Shown in pieces: positions 48,685 through 58,898 of a stretch of 64,000 nucleotides of DNA. The translations under genes were made by a program, and so were the position numbers. How positions within the stretch are numbered: position 1 is the first letter of the stretch; each line of letters opens with the position of its first letter. Source of the stretch: Ignisphaera sp. (GTDB taxonomy: Archaea; Thermoproteota; Thermoprotei_A; Sulfolobales; Ignisphaeraceae); NCBI GenBank assembly GCA_038889075.1, contig JAWAHS010000002.1, positions 108,930 through 172,929 on the forward strand. Reading direction: 5' to 3'. The notes below the pieces were generated by a model. It was not told where the DNA came from and did not search any database. It saw only the letters and a list, made by a program, of their open reading frames with translations.

Positions 48685-48918
48685 TAGTTTATGTCTAGAC
48701 TTTATAGTGTATCACCACTTCAATCCCCAGTCTTCCATTAACTAGCTATATAGTTGAAGTAGGGGTTAGATAAGAGTTTTGTTTGTAATTATGGAATACG
48801 ATTTTTATTAGAATTATTGTTAAGGTGACGCAACCCTTATTTAACTGAGGAGTCTTAGCTGAAGTAAGCACATAGTTTTTGAAATGGTGTTTTTGAAGAT
48901 ATAATCGATTTTGATAGG

Positions 48919-50502
48919 GTGATACAAGTGGTTATGGGGGAAAGGGAAGAGATTACGATGTTGAAGGAAAAGGTTAACATAGCTAAGCTTGGAGGTGGAC
49001 AGGAAGCAATAAATCGACAGCATGCTGCAGGTAAGCTTACCGCTAGGGAACGTCTGGAGTTACTATTTGATGGTGGGATTTACACAGAAATTGATATGTT
49101 TGTAACCCATAGAGCCACAGAGTTTGGTATGAGTACAAGGAAAGCCTATGGTGATGGTGTTGTAACAGCATTTGGCAAGGTTAATGATAGGTTTATTGTA
49201 GCTATAGCACAGGATTTTACATTTATGGGTGGTTCCGTAGGCGAGATGCATGCAGCTAAAATTGTAAAAGCATTGAACTATGCAATGTCATCAGGTGTGC
49301 CAGTAGTTTTCTTTAACGATTCAGGTGGTGCTAGAATTCAGGAGGGTGTAGATTCGTTAAAGGGTTACGGCGATATATTCTACCTAAATGTTATGGCATC
49401 AGGTTCAGTACCACAAATAGCTGTAATAATGGGGCCATGCGCAGGTGGTGCTGTATATTCTCCTGCATTAATGGATTTCATAGTAATGGTTAGTAAAATA
49501 TCGTATATGTTTATCACAGGACCAAAGGTTGTAAAAGCTGCAATCGGGGAAGAGGTTACTGAGATGGAGTTGGGTGGACCAGAGATCCACGTTACAAAGA
49601 GTGGTGTAGCGCATTTCCTAGCAGAGAATGAAAGGGAAGCTATAGATATTGTTAAGAAGCTATTGTCATACATACCATCAAATAGTTTAGAGCTCCCTCC
49701 AAGGATTCAAACAGATGACGACCCAGAGCGAAGAGCTCCGCTACTTAATGATATCATTCCAGAGGATCCTTCAAAACCTTATGATATGTATACAGTGGTT
49801 GAAAATGTTGTAGACCATGGAACATTTTTTGAGGTTCAGAAAGATTTTGCTAAAAATGCAATAATCGGTTTCGCTAGACTACACGGATATAGCGTTGGTG
49901 TTGTTGCTAACCAGCCTCTTTACTATATGGGTGCACTGGACATAGATGCCTCTGATAAAATTGCTAGATTTGTAAGATTTTGCAATGCTTTCAATATACC
50001 AATTGTAACATTTGTTGACGTACCTGGTTTTGTCCCAGGAACATTCCAAGAGTATAGAGGAATAATTAGACATGGAGCAAAGATACTCTACGCATATGCT
50101 GAGGCGGTAGTGCCGAAACTTACCGTAATAACTAGAAAGGCCTATGGAGGAGCATATATAGCTATGGGTTCAAGACATCTAGGTGCAGATTTTGTAATCG
50201 CATGGCCAACAGCAGAGATAGCTGTAATGGGGCCGGATGCCGCAGCCGAGATAATCTGGCGTAAAGAGCTTCAAGCAATTAAAGATGACGGTGAAAGGGA
50301 GAAGATGCTACGAAAACTGGCAGCTGAATATAGGGAGAAACTTACTACACCCTATTATGCAGCATCAAGAGGTTATGTAGATGCTATAGTAGAGCCTAGT
50401 GAAACTAGAAGTATTCTTATAAAAGCACTAGAGTTTCTAATAACGAAAAGGGAGATAAGAATTAGACCACCACCTAAAAAGCATGGTCTAATACCCCTTT
50501 AG
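48919..50502 (+). CDS. acyl-CoA carboxyltransferase subunit (PccB/methylmalonyl-CoA decarboxylase alpha-like)
   Basis: GKLTARER, QDFT..GGS, DSGGARIQEG, GPCAGGAVY, DVPGF.PG, RKAYGGAY, KKHG.IPL. Confidence 0.95.
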   Translation: MIQVVMGEREEITMLKEKVNIAKLGGGQEAINRQHAAGKLTARERLELLFDGGIYTEIDMFVTHRATEFGMSTRKAYGDGVVTAFGKVNDRFIVAIAQDFTFMGGSVGEMHAAKIVKALNYAMSSGVPVVFFNDSGGARIQEGVDSLKGYGDIFYLNVMASGSVPQIAVIMGPCAGGAVYSPALMDFIVMVSKISYMFITGPKVVKAAIGEEVTEMELGGPEIHVTKSGVAHFLAENEREAIDIVKKLLSYIPSNSLELPPRIQTDDDPERRAPLLNDIIPEDPSKPYDMYTVVENVVDHGTFFEVQKDFAKNAIIGFARLHGYSVGVVANQPLYYMGALDIDASDKIARFVRFCNAFNIPIVTFVDVPGFVPGTFQEYRGIIRHGAKILYAYAEAVVPKLTVITRKAYGGAYIAMGSRHLGADFVIAWPTAEIAVMGPDAAAEIIWRKELQAIKDDGEREKMLRKLAAEYREKLTTPYYAASRGYVDAIVEPSETRSILIKALEFLITKREIRIRPPPKKHGLIPL

Positions 50503-50596
50503 TGCTATGATGGATAAATATGTTTTCAGTTTAAAGTCCATATTTTTCAAAAGTTTTTAATTCGAGTAACAATGGGAAGTCTTTTATGGAGGAGCA

Positions 50597-51352
50597 TTGT
50601 TGAACGATAAAGTATCCGTAAATTATCATGAAATCTTAGAGGATCGATATATAGAGGATGTGGTAAGAAGGATAAGGTTACTATTCTACATTGAAGACTC
50701 AATTGAGTTTCGTATTAATGAAGAGGAACTACAGAATTTAGAGATTAGAATAGACGGATTGCTAAAAGAGGATATCGGTAGGATTACGGTCTACGGAGAG
50801 GGAATAGCTGGCAATTTTGAATATAGAGACATTTACGAGGGTGTTGAAATAATTTTTAAACGTGGCAAAGGAATCGGTTACACTATATCGGAAATATATA
50901 GAGTTTTGGGATTTAGGATTGCAAAAAATGCGGTTGGTAGATTAAGTAAGTATTTATCTCATGGTAGAGAATATCTAATGGCGATCCTACTTAATGGAAT
51001 GACAATCATGCTTGAAGGATTTGAAAGATCTGTGGTCATTCCAGTATTGGAAAACACGATATTCATCGCTCACACTCATCCTAAAACATGGCAGACGGTT
51101 TTCTCTCGCAAAGACTTAATTGCTACATTGGATATTATATCAAAGAGAGGACTCGGGGCATGTGTAATTGCTATGGGGGCCGCTCTCTGTATTTTACGTG
51201 AAAAAGCTCTCACATTTGAAGAGTATGAGAAATTCGAGCTCCTCATCAATGACTATGGTATGGCGACAAAAGATGTGCTGGAGAGGGCTGAATTCAAATC
51301 ACTATACATACTATATTCGATGCTCGATCTCTATAGCTATTCCTTTGGATAG
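50597..51352 (+). CDS. hypothetical protein with C-terminal JAB/MPN+-like motif
   Basis: GREY...AHTHP......FSRKD resembles E-HxH-x(7,8)-SxxD. Confidence 0.6.
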   Translation: MLNDKVSVNYHEILEDRYIEDVVRRIRLLFYIEDSIEFRINEEELQNLEIRIDGLLKEDIGRITVYGEGIAGNFEYRDIYEGVEIIFKRGKGIGYTISEIYRVLGFRIAKNAVGRLSKYLSHGREYLMAILLNGMTIMLEGFERSVVIPVLENTIFIAHTHPKTWQTVFSRKDLIATLDIISKRGLGACVIAMGAALCILREKALTFEEYEKFELLINDYGMATKDVLERAEFKSLYILYSMLDLYSYSFG

Positions 51353-52143
51353 TATCTTACCGATTTACCATCTACATCTATATATATATTGAGTAGATTT
51401 TCAAGTCCACTACTCTTGATCTTCGGCATGAGCACAGCTTCCAGTTGGAATAATCCAGCAGATTCACTCATATATACTATAATGTCTATGGGTCTTTTAA
51501 AATTCTGGCTTTTTTCAATATCAACTCTTTTTATGCTTAAAGCTGAAATGGCGTGCATATCCAATTTGCCTAATCTATATGGTATGCGCGCTCTTCCTTC
51601 AGCCATATCAAGGCCATCACTAATTTTTACAATACCACATTCTATTGATAAGCACTGGATATTGTAATCGGATGCATAGATATTGTGTAGTATTTCCTGT
51701 CGTATACTTATTGCTCTACGTCCATCAAATCCCAGTCTACTCAGTACCCTATCTATAATATCCTTTGCAATTACTACACCTAGCAATTCATGATTTACTC
51801 TGTGGATAGCGTTTCCAATATCGTGTAAATAGGAGGAAATAAGTACGATTATCTTTACTTCATCAATGTTTTTAGCCGTTCCATCCCTTATATACGTCAT
51901 CTCGATACCGATGCCGTAAAGAATATCAATGAGTTCCAGCGATGTGCCTGCTACAATTCTGGCGTGTATAATACCATGGTCATTATATTTGAGCCTAGAA
52001 ACAGCCATGATATTGCTCATCCTTAGTAACTCGATAATCTCAGAGTCATCCTCAAGTATCTGATGGACTTTCTTAATAATAGGAAAGGTATTTGAATGTT
52101 TGTATATTAGATCTGGGGAAACGGTAACCATGATTTCAACCAT
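51337..52143 (-). CDS. HD-domain phosphohydrolase
   Basis: R..YNDHG..HA.IV, YLHDIGN.IHR..H, DGLDM..GRAR. Confidence 0.9.
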   Translation of the reverse strand: MVEIMVTVSPDLIYKHSNTFPIIKKVHQILEDDSEIIELLRMSNIMAVSRLKYNDHGIIHARIVAGTSLELIDILYGIGIEMTYIRDGTAKNIDEVKIIVLISSYLHDIGNAIHRVNHELLGVVIAKDIIDRVLSRLGFDGRRAISIRQEILHNIYASDYNIQCLSIECGIVKISDGLDMAEGRARIPYRLGKLDMHAISALSIKRVDIEKSQNFKRPIDIIVYMSESAGLFQLEAVLMPKIKSSGLENLLNIYIDVDGKSVRYYPKE

Positions 52144-52435
52144 TTATATAGAATACATAGTTTGTGCAGCTTTTTAACCTATGATTTAAAAATGGTGAAA
52201 GCAATTGTAGATAACAAGGACGGTCTTCCTATGAGTTTGTAATCAGTATTTGTATTACGGTAAATGCAAGCTCTATGCTACTAGATTTAACAGCTGCCTA
52301 TAATTGACATTAACATCATGTGGGCGGTGAACTATGTGGAAATACTTAGATACAATCACCAAAGATACAGCTACCAAATGGCCAGATATCAGAAATGAAA
52401 ATCTAGGGGTAGATGGTAGAAATTTTCAACTTCAA

Positions 52436-52972
52436 TTACATGTATAACTTATCGGGTTTGCGCAGGTGTTCCGACAATACCTTATTTAGTAGTTCAATAC
52501 ATTTTCGAACCTCACCTTTTACGGCATCCATGGTACCACTAAATAGAAATGTTGATGGAGATAGAATTATATCTGGGTTCGTTGCCCTTATACATCTGGC
52601 TATGTATACGTTTTTGTTTGATGTTTTTTGTATAGCTATATGGTAGTCCTTATTATTTACTATTGCTACAATTCTGTATGGATAGAGCATAGGCATTTTT
52701 TTCGCATTCGATGAACTGATCAATTCATTCAATCTATCGCTGGAAACTCTAAGATAAACCTTTAGATCTACTGTTAAAAAAATTTTCCCAAAATCCTCTA
52801 AACACGTAAATACTCTATCCAGATCTTCAGCCTCAAAATAAATATAGTTATCAATACTGCTAGCTCTTAAATTCTTAGCTCCACAAATAGATAGTCGTTT
52901 TACTGTTTTAGTGAATTCATAATGATCCCTAGTGGCTATTCTAATTGAAGCACGCATAATCATACAAACCAT
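52436..52972 (-). CDS. hypothetical protein, directly downstream of valS
   Basis: 178-aa ORF abutting the valS stop codon; no recognised motif. Confidence 0.65.
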   Translation of the reverse strand: MVCMIMRASIRIATRDHYEFTKTVKRLSICGAKNLRASSIDNYIYFEAEDLDRVFTCLEDFGKIFLTVDLKVYLRVSSDRLNELISSSNAKKMPMLYPYRIVAIVNNKDYHIAIQKTSNKNVYIARCIRATNPDIILSPSTFLFSGTMDAVKGEVRKCIELLNKVLSEHLRKPDKLYM

Positions 52973-55432
52973 CTACGACGAGAAAGGCACTAAAAAGAGA
53001 TTATCGCCTAGATCGATATAGTTTTGAACGCTGGGTTTGCCAATTTGCACCTCCTTGATCCTATGGAGGTACTTGATATCCCGAGCAAATATTGCAATCT
53101 CTTCAGGTATGTAAAGTATCGCTTCTAATTGTTGAGTAAGCTTAATGTTGTTGTCTTTCTTATATTTCCATATCAAGCTGTTTACTCTATATAGATATGG
53201 AAGTCTATGTTTTAAATCGGTCTTGGGTATTTCAATAGCTTTAGGCAAAGTTTCAAAGTGGATCGACTTTTCACTATATATCTTTCTCCATATATAGTCG
53301 GTAATAAACGGTAAGATAGGTGCTAGGAGAAGTAGTGCATTTTTTAGTAATGTGTGTAGTGTAAACCACGCACTCTTTTGCTCATTTTCATTAAATGTAG
53401 CCTCCAGATTGTATATCCGCGGTTTAACCATCTCAATATAATTGTCAGCTATCTCATCCCATATAAAATGGTACAGCGTGTGGATAGGTTTGTAGAAGTC
53501 CATCTCCTCGTAGCTCTTTCTAACATCTTCTATAATTTCATTCATTCTATTCAAAATCGCAAGATCGAGTGGGTATAGCTCGCTGACCTCTTCAATATAT
53601 GGTATAGCTGAAATGAAACGGGCTATGTTTAGGAGCTTTGTAACAAATAAGGCCCCTGTCCTTAGAAGCTGTTCAGAGAATCTATAATCGCTACCAAGTT
53701 TAGCAGCAGCTGCGGACCAAAATCTAAAGGTGTCTGCACCATATTTTTCTATATACGGTTCCGGATAAACAACATTTCCTTTACTTTTATGCATTGCCTC
53801 ACCTTTTTCATCTAAACCCATGCCATTTATTCTAATATAGTCAAAGGCGCATTTCCCAAGTAGCTGGTATATTCTTAGTAATGAATAGTAAAGCCATGTC
53901 CTAATGATTTCGTACCCTTGAGGTCTTAGAGTCTTGGCTCTATTACTAATGTAGAGTTCGAATATGTGCGGATATTTTGATATACCTGCAGCATATAAGA
54001 CAGAGATTGAGGAGTCGAACCATGTGTCGAATACCTTTGTCTCTCCAACTAGGTATTCTTTTGGAGCTCCACAGTTTGGGCAGGAGTCCCATGGAGGAGG
54101 CTCCTTCCACGGTCTATAGTACCTCTTTGCTTCAGGTACTAAAATGGAGCCACACGATTTACATCTCCATATAGGAATCTCAGTTGCATAATATCTTGTC
54201 TTAGATATAGGCCAGTCCATAGTTATAGAATCTATCCAATCTAAAAGCTTCTTTCTATGCTCCTCTGGTATAAATTTAGAGTTCTTAGTGACTTCCTTAA
54301 GAAGGTCTTTGTATTCGAGTTGCCTTAGAAAGAATTCTTGAGTATGTATGAATTCTATCGGTGTGCCACAGCGCCAACATACAGGTACATTTCTCTCAAT
54401 TCTATCAATTTTCACAAGTAAACCTCTATTCTTCAAAAGCTCAATAATATGTTTTCTCGCTTCACTAATCTTAAGATTTGCCAGAATATTTGCACCATCA
54501 TCTATGGTACCATCCATCTTTACTATTAACCTAGGCTTAAGACCTAATTCCCTAATGATCCGAACATCGGTTTGATCGCCATAGCTACAAATCATCATTA
54601 AGCCGGTACCAAATGTGGGGTCAACTGATTTATGTTCTACAATATCAACACTATAGCTATAGAGTGGAACGACGATTTTTTTACCCTTTAAACGCTCATA
54701 TCTCGCATCATTAGGATTGTATGCGACAGCTATGCATGCACCGAGAAGTTCAGGTCTTGTAGTAGCTATCGTGAGAATCTCTCCATCAGATGATTGGAAG
54801 TTTATGTAGTAGAGCTCAGCATTTTCATTTCTGTATTCAACTTCAGCTTCGGCTAACGACGTTTTACACCGGGGGCACCATATAACCGGTCTCTCCGCTT
54901 CATATATATACCCCCTTTTCCACATTTCTATAAAGGTACTTTGTGTGATTTTCCTATATTCTTCGCTATCCGTACCTTCACGCCAATATTCAAAGATACA
55001 GCCAAGCTTCCTCCATATGTTAATAAACTCCTTTTCAGTTTCATCGAGGTGGCTCTTACATAGTGTAAGAAATTTCTCTCTTCCTTCGATAGTTTTCGCA
55101 ACTTCATGGGGATTTATTCCATACGTTCTCTCCACAAAAACTTCAACTGGCAATCCATTTCTATCTGCATAGAACGGTATTAGCACATTGTAGCCTAGCA
55201 TTTTATATGCACGAGCAACCATATCTATTTGAACATAGTGAGCGGCTTGACCAACATGAGGTTTACCAGATATGTATGGAGGTGGGGTATCAATTATAAG
55301 CGTAGGATTTGCAGCATTGTAGCTAAATTTAAATAGACCCTCATTTTCCCATAACTTTACTAGTAATTCTTCATATTCATGCCTCCACCTAGTATCCTCA
55401 ATCTTTGGTTTGAATTTTTGGCTCAGCATCAT
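52973..55432 (-). CDS. valS: valyl-tRNA synthetase
   Basis: IDTPPPY, HVGQ (HIGH), ATTRPEL, TGLMMIC.YGD..D, DTWFDSS, LRPQG.EIIRTW, MHKSKGN. Confidence 0.96.
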   Translation of the reverse strand: MMLSQKFKPKIEDTRWRHEYEELLVKLWENEGLFKFSYNAANPTLIIDTPPPYISGKPHVGQAAHYVQIDMVARAYKMLGYNVLIPFYADRNGLPVEVFVERTYGINPHEVAKTIEGREKFLTLCKSHLDETEKEFINIWRKLGCIFEYWREGTDSEEYRKITQSTFIEMWKRGYIYEAERPVIWCPRCKTSLAEAEVEYRNENAELYYINFQSSDGEILTIATTRPELLGACIAVAYNPNDARYERLKGKKIVVPLYSYSVDIVEHKSVDPTFGTGLMMICSYGDQTDVRIIRELGLKPRLIVKMDGTIDDGANILANLKISEARKHIIELLKNRGLLVKIDRIERNVPVCWRCGTPIEFIHTQEFFLRQLEYKDLLKEVTKNSKFIPEEHRKKLLDWIDSITMDWPISKTRYYATEIPIWRCKSCGSILVPEAKRYYRPWKEPPPWDSCPNCGAPKEYLVGETKVFDTWFDSSISVLYAAGISKYPHIFELYISNRAKTLRPQGYEIIRTWLYYSLLRIYQLLGKCAFDYIRINGMGLDEKGEAMHKSKGNVVYPEPYIEKYGADTFRFWSAAAAKLGSDYRFSEQLLRTGALFVTKLLNIARFISAIPYIEEVSELYPLDLAILNRMNEIIEDVRKSYEEMDFYKPIHTLYHFIWDEIADNYIEMVKPRIYNLEATFNENEQKSAWFTLHTLLKNALLLLAPILPFITDYIWRKIYSEKSIHFETLPKAIEIPKTDLKHRLPYLYRVNSLIWKYKKDNNIKLTQQLEAILYIPEEIAIFARDIKYLHRIKEVQIGKPSVQNYIDLGDNLFLVPFSS

Positions 55433-55550
55433 GTTTCACTCAAACCATTTTAAACTAAGGTTCTAAGACTAAAAGATACAGCTTATCAAATTATAAGCTA
55501 TACTACACCTCTTGCAACCGAAAATTACCTTCCATGATAGAAGGGTTAAC

Positions 55551-55566
55551 GATGTTATATAACATC
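55551..55566. promoter_or_regulatory. perfect 16-bp palindrome GATGTTATATAACATC in the divergent valS/GT2 intergenic region
   Basis: Read directly; function not established. Confidence 0.35.
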
Positions 55567-55673
55567 ACTTGGGTGGGCTAAGATCGATTAACTAATTAAA
55601 GAGATCCTCATTTAAGAATACAATGTTATAGGGCTCTTAGTTGGAGAGTTATTAAGATTTTTATGCCTAGTTT

Positions 55674-56975
55674 TTGGAGGATATCTATCTGAGGTGTAAT
55701 TTCATGCTTCATTTTATCTGGGGAGTTTCTACAACCATAATAATGTTTTCATTTATCTATGGTATACCTTCTCTATACAGTATTCTACGAGATCTTAAAA
55801 GGGTTGTATGGATAAATATTAACTCATCTAGAAATAGTGGGAACCTCTATGATTTACCAATGATATTAATAATCCTACCCTTCTATAAGGAGGATAGAAA
55901 TTCTATTGAGGAAACGTTTACCAGTATTGTGAGGCAGAAGTATCCTCATGAAAAAATTTATGTATTGCTAGTTCTAGAAAGAGATGATGAGCAGACGTAT
56001 AGGCATGTTTTAGAACTTTCAAGTATTTTGTCAAGTGCTGGAATAGATTTCAAACTAGTTTCAAATTCTTCTGAGAGAAGGGGTAAAGCCTATGCAATTA
56101 ATAGAGCAATAGAGTTATTTAAGGAGATGGCAGATATAATTGTTGTATTTGATGCAGGGGATAGAATAGTAGATGACATGTACTTGTATAAAGTTTCCTA
56201 TCTAATATCAAATCATGGATACAGTGTTGTTGGGACTAAAGTCTACAGAGTGAGCAGCAATATTATCGGAAGGCTCTCGTACATCGATACACTTCTGTGG
56301 TACAATGTTGGTCTACCAGGACTTGTAAAAATTACGAAAATTCCTTTAGTTAGTGGTGAAGGTCTGGCATTTTCTAAGAAGTTTTTAGAGGAAATCGGGG
56401 GTCTACCAGAGGTGTTAGCCGAAGATGCTTACCTTACAATACTAGCTGTCTCGATCAATAAACCTATAGCACTTCTGGATAGCGTTATATTTGAGGGGGC
56501 ACCATCGACTATAACTAGCTATGTAAAACAGAGGATGAGGTGGTACAGAGGCACGCTACAATGTTTTAAGGATGTCATTACTAAACATAGGCATCGAGTT
56601 AGGAGAAGGATGCTAATAACGCTTGCTATAGCTTATCTTCAGCCTATAGCGCTGATAGCACCATTTGTATCAACAGTAATTATAATAATGTCTGTATTCA
56701 TAAATGTGCCATATATTACACTACTCGTAGCAAAAATAGAGCTCGTAACAATAGTCTTAGCTCCACTATATGTACTAGTGAACATGAGGTATTTCGATCC
56801 TGTAGCGTTTTTAGAACCATTCAATTGGATGTTACAGGGTATAGTGGCTCTCATTGCATTGATGCCGATAAGAATTCCGTGGTTCAGAACTTCATCCAGG
56901 GCCGGTATAAATATTAGTGATATGTATGTAAAGGTACGGAGAAATACTGTTGTAGATAGAGATTCACAAATTTAA
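55674..56975 (+). CDS. processive-type GT2 glycosyltransferase, membrane-bound
   Basis: P.YKE, GKA.A.N, VFDA.D, LAED, QRMRW motif; N- and C-terminal TM helices. Confidence 0.9.
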   Translation: MEDIYLRCNFMLHFIWGVSTTIIMFSFIYGIPSLYSILRDLKRVVWININSSRNSGNLYDLPMILIILPFYKEDRNSIEETFTSIVRQKYPHEKIYVLLVLERDDEQTYRHVLELSSILSSAGIDFKLVSNSSERRGKAYAINRAIELFKEMADIIVVFDAGDRIVDDMYLYKVSYLISNHGYSVVGTKVYRVSSNIIGRLSYIDTLLWYNVGLPGLVKITKIPLVSGEGLAFSKKFLEEIGGLPEVLAEDAYLTILAVSINKPIALLDSVIFEGAPSTITSYVKQRMRWYRGTLQCFKDVITKHRHRVRRRMLITLAIAYLQPIALIAPFVSTVIIIMSVFINVPYITLLVAKIELVTIVLAPLYVLVNMRYFDPVAFLEPFNWMLQGIVALIALMPIRIPWFRTSSRAGINISDMYVKVRRNTVVDRDSQI

Positions 56976-57177
56976 TCTAGTTAAATGTAGTTGAACAATT
57001 TTGAATTGCGTGGCTGGTATAGAATATTTGATTGAATTGAATAGTTCTGTTCTTTAAATATCTTAATTAATAGTGTGCTGGACAATCGAGGCCTATTCCT
57101 ATATGTCAAAACCGCTTCTTAGCTAAGTAAAGGTTAAATATCCCTATCCTTGCTATCATTAATGCTGGTGTATAAAA

Positions 57178-57408
57178 ATGGCTAAGGTACGTGTAGATAA
57201 AGATACCTGTATAGCCTGTGGGGTGTGCTGGGCTTTAGCACCAGACGTATTCGAACTGGACCCAGCTACTGGTAAAACAAGAATAAGGGAGCCGTACGTA
57301 AAGAGCGATGGCGAGAAGGAGAGCATTGGTGAAATACCTGATACTCTTGTAGAAACGGTAAAGAATGCAGCATCGTCATGTCCTACAGGTTCGATTGTTG
57401 TCGAATAG
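57178..57408 (+). CDS. fdx: monocluster ferredoxin
   Basis: VDKDTCIACGVC...P..F ... AA.SCP.G.I; TATA-like GGTTAAATA upstream. Confidence 0.93.
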   Translation: MAKVRVDKDTCIACGVCWALAPDVFELDPATGKTRIREPYVKSDGEKESIGEIPDTLVETVKNAASSCPTGSIVVE

Positions 57409-57480
57409 ACCAGGTATATCGTAATGTAGTTATTTTTTATACTGCTTTTATATAGCAACACATATTGTAAGACAACAATA

Positions 57481-58794
57481 CTAGCATACATATACTTTCG
57501 AAATCCTTGAAATACTTCTTAGACCATAGATGAGGCCACCATTTCTCAATTCAATAATAAGTTTTGCAATCTTCTCCTGTTCACACCACTCGCCATATGC
57601 CTTACCTAAACCTATGAGTTTTGCAATTGTTTTCCTCATTTTTTCATCGAGGAATTTAGTATTTAGGTCAGAATATGGTGTACCAGGTAATGGGATAAAG
57701 GTGTGTATATGGAATCTCACATTAAATTTGCCAATTTCTTGGATAAATTTTATGGTATCCGTGAGATCGTCTTCTTCTTCAAATGGAAAGCCGAATATTA
57801 AATCTACATCTACTGCGAATCCATATCTATTCAGTATCTCCACAGCAACTACGACATCCTCAACACTATGTTTTCTATGGATTATTTTGAGTATTCTATT
57901 TGAACCACTCTGTGCACCTACAATAACTCTGCTGTTATTAACATACCTTTTCATCTCTCTAATTATATCATCTGATACAGAATCGGGTCTTAATTCACTT
58001 GGGAAAGTTCCAAAGAAAATTCTTCCACCGTATTCCCTAATGCTTCGATGAAGCTTTTGTAGTAAAAGAAGCACTGCATTAAAATCTGGTTTTATACCAT
58101 CTGGACTTCCATAGCCTAGCGAATTCGGTGCTATGAATCTAATATCTTTCAATCCCCTAGATACCATTAGTTTAGAGTATTCAGCTACGTTATCAACATC
58201 TCTATACCGTGGTCTACCAAAAACATAGGTAACTTGGCAGAAGTAACATGCAGATGAACACCCCCTCATAATTTCTATGGGATTAAACCGATTTCTCCAA
58301 TATGGAAAAGGAGCATAGAGATTCAAATCCACATACCTACTTCTCCTCCTTATAACAAGTCTATCATCTTCGATAAAGGCTGTTCCACAGACCCTAAAGT
58401 CATTATTGCATGATATAGCATTGAGAAGTTCGGCCAAGGTCTCCTCTCCCTCACCAAATACTACTACATCAAATCCAAGCTTAGTTAATGTGCCGAGAGG
58501 ATCCCCTGAAGCATGAGGACCTCCAGCTACAAAGATAGCATTATCTAAATAACTTCTTAGCAACCCTACAGCATTTTTGATTATGGGTAGCTGAGGAGTC
58601 ATAAATGTAAAACCTATGACTATCTTTTTACATTTTCTACTAATATCAATTATATTATTGATAGGTAAACCGTGCGAATCCAGTTGAAATAAATAGAAGG
58701 CATAGTTATTTACAATAGGTTCGACTCCTGCCAGCAGGATATTTGCACTATATTTACTATCTTTACTAAAGATCAGTATGAAGCAATCCCTCAT
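57481..58794 (-). CDS. B12-binding radical SAM protein
   Basis: AGGPHA, GEGE, EIMRGC...C.FC, GAQSGS, FIPLPGTP. Confidence 0.92.
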   Translation of the reverse strand: MRDCFILIFSKDSKYSANILLAGVEPIVNNYAFYLFQLDSHGLPINNIIDISRKCKKIVIGFTFMTPQLPIIKNAVGLLRSYLDNAIFVAGGPHASGDPLGTLTKLGFDVVVFGEGEETLAELLNAISCNNDFRVCGTAFIEDDRLVIRRRSRYVDLNLYAPFPYWRNRFNPIEIMRGCSSACYFCQVTYVFGRPRYRDVDNVAEYSKLMVSRGLKDIRFIAPNSLGYGSPDGIKPDFNAVLLLLQKLHRSIREYGGRIFFGTFPSELRPDSVSDDIIREMKRYVNNSRVIVGAQSGSNRILKIIHRKHSVEDVVVAVEILNRYGFAVDVDLIFGFPFEEEDDLTDTIKFIQEIGKFNVRFHIHTFIPLPGTPYSDLNTKFLDEKMRKTIAKLIGLGKAYGEWCEQEKIAKLIIELRNGGLIYGLRSISRISKVYVC

Positions 58795-58898
58795 CTTTAT
58801 ACTAACCCGATTCCAAGTTTTTTAATTTAGACTTAACAGTACTTATGAGGGTTTGATATATATATACTTTGTAAAACAGCGTAGTACAGGGGGAGCCA

